From positions 1,877 to 65,876 of the forward strand of contig CAZOZI010000004.1 of assembly GCA_964584265.1 (NCBI GenBank): a stretch of 64,000 bases of DNA. The letters run 5' to 3'. The first letter of the stretch is position 1. Every line of letters starts with the position of its first letter. Source of the stretch: an uncultured Candidatus Saccharibacteria bacterium (GTDB lineage Bacteria > Patescibacteriota > Saccharimonadia > Saccharimonadales > CAYVSP01). Made by a program: the position numbers and the translations under genes. Positions 59,570-64,000 of the stretch are shown in pieces. Under the pieces are notes generated by a model. The model was not told the origin of the DNA, did no database searches, and saw nothing but the letters and a program-made list of their open reading frames with translations.

Positions 59570-61207
59570 ATGACAGACTTGGAGATACCTCAGCCGAAGG
59601 ACAGACACGGCATCTACCGTTTTTTTGAAATCCTACCGGGGTTATTATCACTTTCTATCTTCTTAACCCCAATTGTTCTCAGCGTTTTCTATGTTTCTGC
59701 CGCAGCGCTCTTCATAATTGTCTACATACTAATAGTTTTACTAAGGGGCATTGCCATATCAATACGCGCGAATGAAGGCTTCCGTAAAGTCAAACAGGCC
59801 AGAAAGGTGGATTGGGAGCTGTTTCTTAAAGATTTCTATGAGCCAAATTTGACTGCCACCCGTCACATTGGCGCAAAATCCAATCTCTATAAGTCACATG
59901 TTTGGAACATGAAACGACTAATCGGAGGTAACCTCATTGACATGCTTCCTGAAGAAGTTATTCACGTTGTTATTATTTGTACGTACAACGAGTCACAGGA
60001 TATCATGCACCCGACAATTGAAAACATCTTAAGCACCAGTGGTTTTGAGAACCGCAGGATTGCTCTCTTTATTGCTTATGAAGAACGCGCATCGGCCCAG
60101 AAGAAACGTGAAACCCTACAAACCCTAGAGCTTTATAAGAATAAGTTCTATCACGCCGAAGCTGTTGAACACACCCTTAAGCCAGGCGAAATTGCTGGTA
60201 AGGGTGCAAACGCCACCAATGCTGGGCGGCGTGTACTAGTGTGGGCAAAAGAGCAGGAAATCAACCCTGCACATGTTCTGGTTACGACCCTTGATGCCGA
60301 TAATCGTACTGATAAAAACTTTTTCTCGCTTCTCACATATGTCTATTTGTCGGCTGAAAACCGAAAGCAAAAGTCTTACCAGCCGGTAGCTCTATACAAT
60401 AACAATATCTGGGATGTTCCGGCTATTATGAGGCTTTGTGCCATTGCTAATACCTATTTCCATATGGCGAACTCCGTGCGCCCGCACGCACTGCGCAATT
60501 TTTCGGCCCATAGCCAAAGCCTTGATGCGCTGATAGATACTGATTTTTGGAGCGTTAGAACTATTGTGGAGGACGGGCATCAATTCTGGCGAACCTATTT
60601 TCGCTACGATGGGCAGTACGAAGTGCTACCGCTTTATACGCCGATTTATCAAGATGCAGTTTTTGCAGGCAAGCGTTTGCGCACGACCATAGCCCAGTTT
60701 AGACAAATTCGCCGCTGGACTTATGGGGCATCAGATGTAGCTTACGTTGCTACGAATGCGTTTTTTAGAAAGAATAAAGTACCAAAATTTGACGCTACCG
60801 CTAAGTTTTTCCGCTTGCTTGAATCACATGTGGGGTGGGCAACCTCAGCGCCACTGATTCTTTTATCGGGCTGGCTACCACTGTTTCTAAACCGAAACGC
60901 CAACCACAATATTGTGGCGCAACGTCTCCCAAACATTGTTAGTACCGTCAATGCGGTTGCCCTGATAACTCTGTTATGCGTGGTCTATATTGGAATTGCT
61001 ACCTTGCCGCAGCGTCCAAAATACCAAAAGCGTTGGCGTTCCATAGGATTCCTCTGGCAATGGATACTAACACCAGTGGTTGGTATTATTTTTAACTCCT
61101 TGGCAGCTATTAATTCCCAGATTCACTTAGCATTTCGCCGCTATATTGGCACCTTTGATGTTACCGAAAAAGTTGTAATAGGTGGTGACAAACGAGAAGC
61201 TTCCTAG
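59570..61207 (+). CDS. membrane-integrated family-2 glycosyltransferase (processive synthase-like)
   Basis: VVIICTYNES, TTLDADNR and QIRRWTYG (QxxRW-type) motifs, flanked by N- and C-terminal TM helices. Confidence 0.75.
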   Translation: MTDLEIPQPKDRHGIYRFFEILPGLLSLSIFLTPIVLSVFYVSAAALFIIVYILIVLLRGIAISIRANEGFRKVKQARKVDWELFLKDFYEPNLTATRHIGAKSNLYKSHVWNMKRLIGGNLIDMLPEEVIHVVIICTYNESQDIMHPTIENILSTSGFENRRIALFIAYEERASAQKKRETLQTLELYKNKFYHAEAVEHTLKPGEIAGKGANATNAGRRVLVWAKEQEINPAHVLVTTLDADNRTDKNFFSLLTYVYLSAENRKQKSYQPVALYNNNIWDVPAIMRLCAIANTYFHMANSVRPHALRNFSAHSQSLDALIDTDFWSVRTIVEDGHQFWRTYFRYDGQYEVLPLYTPIYQDAVFAGKRLRTTIAQFRQIRRWTYGASDVAYVATNAFFRKNKVPKFDATAKFFRLLESHVGWATSAPLILLSGWLPLFLNRNANHNIVAQRLPNIVSTVNAVALITLLCVVYIGIATLPQRPKYQKRWRSIGFLWQWILTPVVGIIFNSLAAINSQIHLAFRRYIGTFDVTEKVVIGGDKREAS

Positions 61208-61611
61208 CTATCTAAGGGGTGGTAGGCAAGGTATTGCACACCTGCTGCCTTATCAAAGCGCTTGATAACCGCTGATGTAGCTCTGATCACCTGGTTTCTT
61301 TCTAAGATAGCTGCGTCATTCTGTGGCCATAGCTTGCTTAAGACACTAGAGCAAAGACCTGTAGCATCGCTTACAGCTGTTTTTCGGTGCTTGCATGCTT
61401 CAAAGATACTTACAAACAATTTATCGCGTGAGAAGGGCTCTAAATGGCTTTTATGCTTAAAACGGATAGCTTGCACCCAGTTAACACCTTCAATAGAACT
61501 GAAAATATTGTTACAAGCATAGCATTTCCTTCTACGCCAGACTTGATTGGCCCGACTCTGCAAGCGTGAATTGATCACTTGAGTATCTTCACCACAATAA
61601 ATACAAACCAT
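61204..61611 (-). CDS. nrdR: transcriptional repressor NrdR
   Basis: Zinc ribbon MVCIYCGEDTQVINSR...RRRKCYACNNIFSSIE followed by an ATP-cone. Start moved from ORF-track 61716 to MVCIYCG. Confidence 0.85.
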   Translation of the reverse strand: MVCIYCGEDTQVINSRLQSRANQVWRRRKCYACNNIFSSIEGVNWVQAIRFKHKSHLEPFSRDKLFVSIFEACKHRKTAVSDATGLCSSVLSKLWPQNDAAILERNQVIRATSAVIKRFDKAAGVQYLAYHPLDS

Positions 61612-61811
61612 GACAATATGTTGGCATATGGCAATAAAAAATGGAAGTGGATAAATAATACAAAAGTGGGGAAAAGGTATTAAAAAACCCAGCTTTTTAC
61701 AGCTGGGCTTCTTCACGCGTCCTTACTTGCTAGCAAGCGCTGGACGGGTGCGTCGTATTCGACTGATAGTGCGGTTTGATGGAGCTAGTTCTTCGTAAAA
61801 GAGTTTAAACT

Positions 61812-61856
61812 CCGCAAGCGCACTTGTAACGGTACTCAAGTAATGAGCGCCTCCCG
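61812..61856. repeat. partial P1 element (nrdR-tgt intergenic)
   Basis: CCGCAAGCG...GTACTCAA...TGAGCGC matches the reverse complement of copy 15459..15565 (CCGCAAGCG AGCC GTACTCAA CTGGTACGG TGAGCGC). Confidence 0.5.
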
Positions 61857-61942
61857 GTTAACTCGAGTAATATAGTGCAAACGAGCAAGAAAGTCAACAA
61901 TATGACATAGCATAAGCGTCTTAGAGTGCTACAATACTATTC

Positions 61943-63019
61943 ATGTCTACCTCTGTTTTTAGTGTTAAATCGTCGCATGGACCGCGCAACGGTGTATTAA
62001 AAACGCGAGCTGGTAAGCTGCAAACACCGACTTTTATGCCCGATGCTACGCGTGGTGCTGTCAAAACATTAACTCCCGAAGCTGTCAGCAACACCGGCAT
62101 ACAAGGCATTTTGTGTAATACCTATCATTTATATCTACAGCCGGGGCCCCAAACCGTAGTCAAATTAGGTGGTTTGCATGCTTTTACCAACTGGCAGGGG
62201 CCTATATTGACTGATTCTGGCGGCTTCCAGGTCTTTTCACTCGCTAGTATCCGTAAAATTAGTGAGGAAGGGGTAACCTTTAGAGATTCGGCCACTGGCA
62301 ATGAGGTCTTTCTGTCGCCTGAGTTGTCAATCCAGACACAACTCAAACTTGGCGCCGATATGCTAGTGGCATTTGATGATGTCACGGCACTTGATGACGA
62401 AGGTAAGGCAAGGACACACGAAGCATTTGAACGTACGCAGCGCTGGTTAGAGCGTAGTTTGGCAGAGTTCCAACGTCAAACAAAAGGAATGAAGCTAAGC
62501 GAGCGGCCGCTCTTGTTCGGAGTCGTGCAAGGAGGCTTAGACAAAAAACTGCGCCGACGTAGTCTTGATAAGGTTCAATCCTTACCGGTTGATGGTGTTG
62601 CTATTGGCGGGCTTTCAGTTGGGGAGCCAAGAAAAGATATGTATACTATTCTTAAATTTTTAGCACCTCACTATGATCCGACGCGCCCGCACTTTTTACT
62701 TGGAGTAGGCGAGCCAATTGATGTGCATTTCGCCATCAAACACGGCATTGATATGTTCGACTGCGTTTTGCCAACTAGAAATGGCCGCCATGGCACTGCT
62801 TGGGTAAAAGGCGATAAAAAGATTCACCTAACAAATGCTCAATACACGCGTGATGCTAAACCAATTGATCCAGGTTGTGATTGTACGACTTGTGTTAGTG
62901 GCTACAGTCGCGGATTTCTACGCCATCAATTTAAAGTCGGCGAACCTTTAGCGGGCTCACTAGTTTCCATCCATAACTTGCGCTATATACAGCGCATTTG
63001 TGAAGCATACAGAACGTAG
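61943..63019 (+). CDS. tgt: queuine tRNA-ribosyltransferase
   Basis: LTDSGGFQVFSL, VQGG and zinc site CDCTTC...H motifs. TACAAT lies 7 nt before the ATG. Confidence 0.92.
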   Translation: MSTSVFSVKSSHGPRNGVLKTRAGKLQTPTFMPDATRGAVKTLTPEAVSNTGIQGILCNTYHLYLQPGPQTVVKLGGLHAFTNWQGPILTDSGGFQVFSLASIRKISEEGVTFRDSATGNEVFLSPELSIQTQLKLGADMLVAFDDVTALDDEGKARTHEAFERTQRWLERSLAEFQRQTKGMKLSERPLLFGVVQGGLDKKLRRRSLDKVQSLPVDGVAIGGLSVGEPRKDMYTILKFLAPHYDPTRPHFLLGVGEPIDVHFAIKHGIDMFDCVLPTRNGRHGTAWVKGDKKIHLTNAQYTRDAKPIDPGCDCTTCVSGYSRGFLRHQFKVGEPLAGSLVSIHNLRYIQRICEAYRT

Positions 63020-63033
63020 TAGACTGGTGCTAA

Positions 63034-63648
63034 ATGAGTAGCGCTGATCCTGAGAGGGTTCCATTTATACCGGTTGATGTTCTCCCCGTTACTGAATTAA
63101 AAGAACTTACACCTATTAAGGGCGGCTTTAGTTCTGTTGTATATAGATCGGGAAGCCAGATACTTAAATTTACTAGATTTGTTGGGACTCCCGAAGATGC
63201 TCAGAGTCGTGCTGCGGTATTGCAAAACGAACATGACCTGATCGTTGATGCCGTGGGAGAGGAATATACTCCTTCAACCGTAATTAGGACGGTAGCTGCC
63301 AATGAGCAAGGTGACAAAGCTCGCGTGCTTACTACGCAACCATTCGTTGAAGGAGTTGTAATTGGAGAGGCGTTGGATAGGTCAGGGTTTGATGCAACAG
63401 ACCTGCTTTATTTTCTTAGAAGATCTATACGAATGTATGAGGAACGTAGAAAAATACCGGATATAGCACATATAGAGCACTTATTTCGTTTCTCAAAAAC
63501 ACCCAATCTTATAGTTAATCCTGATAACTGGCATCCAACTTTGGTTGATATTAACTTTGGTAGAACTCAGCGTAGACCATATATTGGCGAACCTTTTTCT
63601 TTTTTGATCTCCATTGCTGCTCGAAGAGCTCTTAGCCGACTGGAATAA
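63034..63648 (+). CDS. hypothetical protein (weak kinase-like N-lobe pattern)
   Basis: 204-aa ORF. GGFSSVVYRSGSQILKF resembles a Gly-rich loop followed by a Lys strand. Not conclusive. Confidence 0.5.
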   Translation: MSSADPERVPFIPVDVLPVTELKELTPIKGGFSSVVYRSGSQILKFTRFVGTPEDAQSRAAVLQNEHDLIVDAVGEEYTPSTVIRTVAANEQGDKARVLTTQPFVEGVVIGEALDRSGFDATDLLYFLRRSIRMYEERRKIPDIAHIEHLFRFSKTPNLIVNPDNWHPTLVDINFGRTQRRPYIGEPFSFLISIAARRALSRLE

Positions 63649-63711
63649 CAACTCTATTGCGAGGAGTACCGAAATATCGTATAGTCCTATCTGTTAAATA
63701 GGTTTTGAGGA

Positions 63712-63788
63712 GGGCAATTAGCTCATTTGGCTAGAGCGCCACATTGACGTTGTGGAGGTGATAGGTTCGAATCCTATATTGCCCACCA
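63712..63788 (+). tRNA. tRNA-Val (anticodon GAC)
   Basis: Acceptor GGGCAAT/ATTGCCC, D arm GCTC-ATTTGGCTA-GAGC, anticodon arm CCACA-TTGACGT-TGTGG, T arm ATAGG-TTCGAAT-CCTAT, encoded CCA. Confidence 0.9.
63776..63788 (+). repeat. direct repeat, copy 1 (tRNA-Val 3' end)
   Basis: ATATTGCCCACCA, identical to 63839..63851. Confidence 0.8.
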
Positions 63789-63838
63789 GATAAAAATTAT
63801 TAGTTTTATCTGGTGATACAGGCCAATTACACGAAGTG

Positions 63839-63851
63839 ATATTGCCCACCA
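63839..63851 (+). repeat. direct repeat, copy 2 (tRNA-Val 3'-end duplicate)
   Basis: ATATTGCCCACCA, 50 nt downstream of the tRNA end. Confidence 0.8.
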
Positions 63852-64000
63852 AGCTGACTTATCAACAAGCACCGAACTGGGGTACTTGTTAGTTTTTACA
63901 CAGAAGTGTTTTAAGAAAGACAATATTAAAATGCTAGCCATATAGTACTAGCGTATGTATACTAGGGTTTCTGTTGGGTTTGGTTCCGGCAGGTGTTTGT

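Noticed and set aside
1-64000. Alternative genetic code (UGA recoding), as in some CPR lineages
   Set aside because: TGA terminates conserved genes at the expected length (polA at 1810..1812, rpsO at 15452..15454). No conserved gene shows in-frame TGA.
1-64000. Prophage, ICE, transposon or rRNA operon
   Set aside because: I could recognise no capsid, terminase, portal, relaxase, T4SS, transposase or reverse-transcriptase genes, and no 16S or 23S-like conserved strings.

Overview
This 64-kb segment looks like chromosome from a small-genome, Gram-positive-type bacterium. My guess is Patescibacteria/CPR, possibly Saccharibacteria (TM7), inferred from gene content only. I call about 77 protein genes and 6 tRNAs (Arg-CCU, Asp-GUC, Thr-CGU, Gly-CCC, Val-GAC). 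I see no rRNA, CRISPR array, transposase or phage genes. Standard code 11 fits, because TGA ends conserved genes at the expected length.

Housekeeping genes: polA (3' part), folP/folK, mutM, holA, rpsT, truB-rpsO-pnp, rnj, ftsK, rpsF-ssb-rpsR, efp, tlyA, ychF, a Xer-like recombinase, ndk, nrdR and tgt. A complete type IV pilus locus without a secretin lies at 39.0-50.5 kb: pilM/N/O, pilB, pilT, pilC, major pilin, pilD, three minor pilins and a PilX-like protein. A 790-aa secreted protein sits just upstream of it.

Four things go beyond ordinary annotation:
1. A family of imperfect palindromic repeats (GTAC core, here called P1) occurs after rpsO, after rpsR and between nrdR and tgt. It also occurs in frame inside polA and mutM and at the 5' end of rpsF. 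This behaviour resembles Rickettsia palindromic elements.
2. A modular composite 3'-flank element exists in an ORF-carrying version (9.5-10.6 kb) and an ORF-less version (31.35-31.79 kb). Its hairpins keep pairing while changing sequence.
3. Six single-gene units (54.96-58.64 kb, minus strand) start 1 nt after the CCA end of tRNA-Asp. Five have their own near-consensus promoter. Their conserved junctions include copies of the tRNA-Asp 3' end. This looks like a cassette or integration hotspot and is my top candidate for an undescribed system.
4. A -10 box sits 6-7 nt before the ATG at many genes, which implies leaderless mRNAs.

All similarity statements come from by-eye alignment. No database search or folding program was run.
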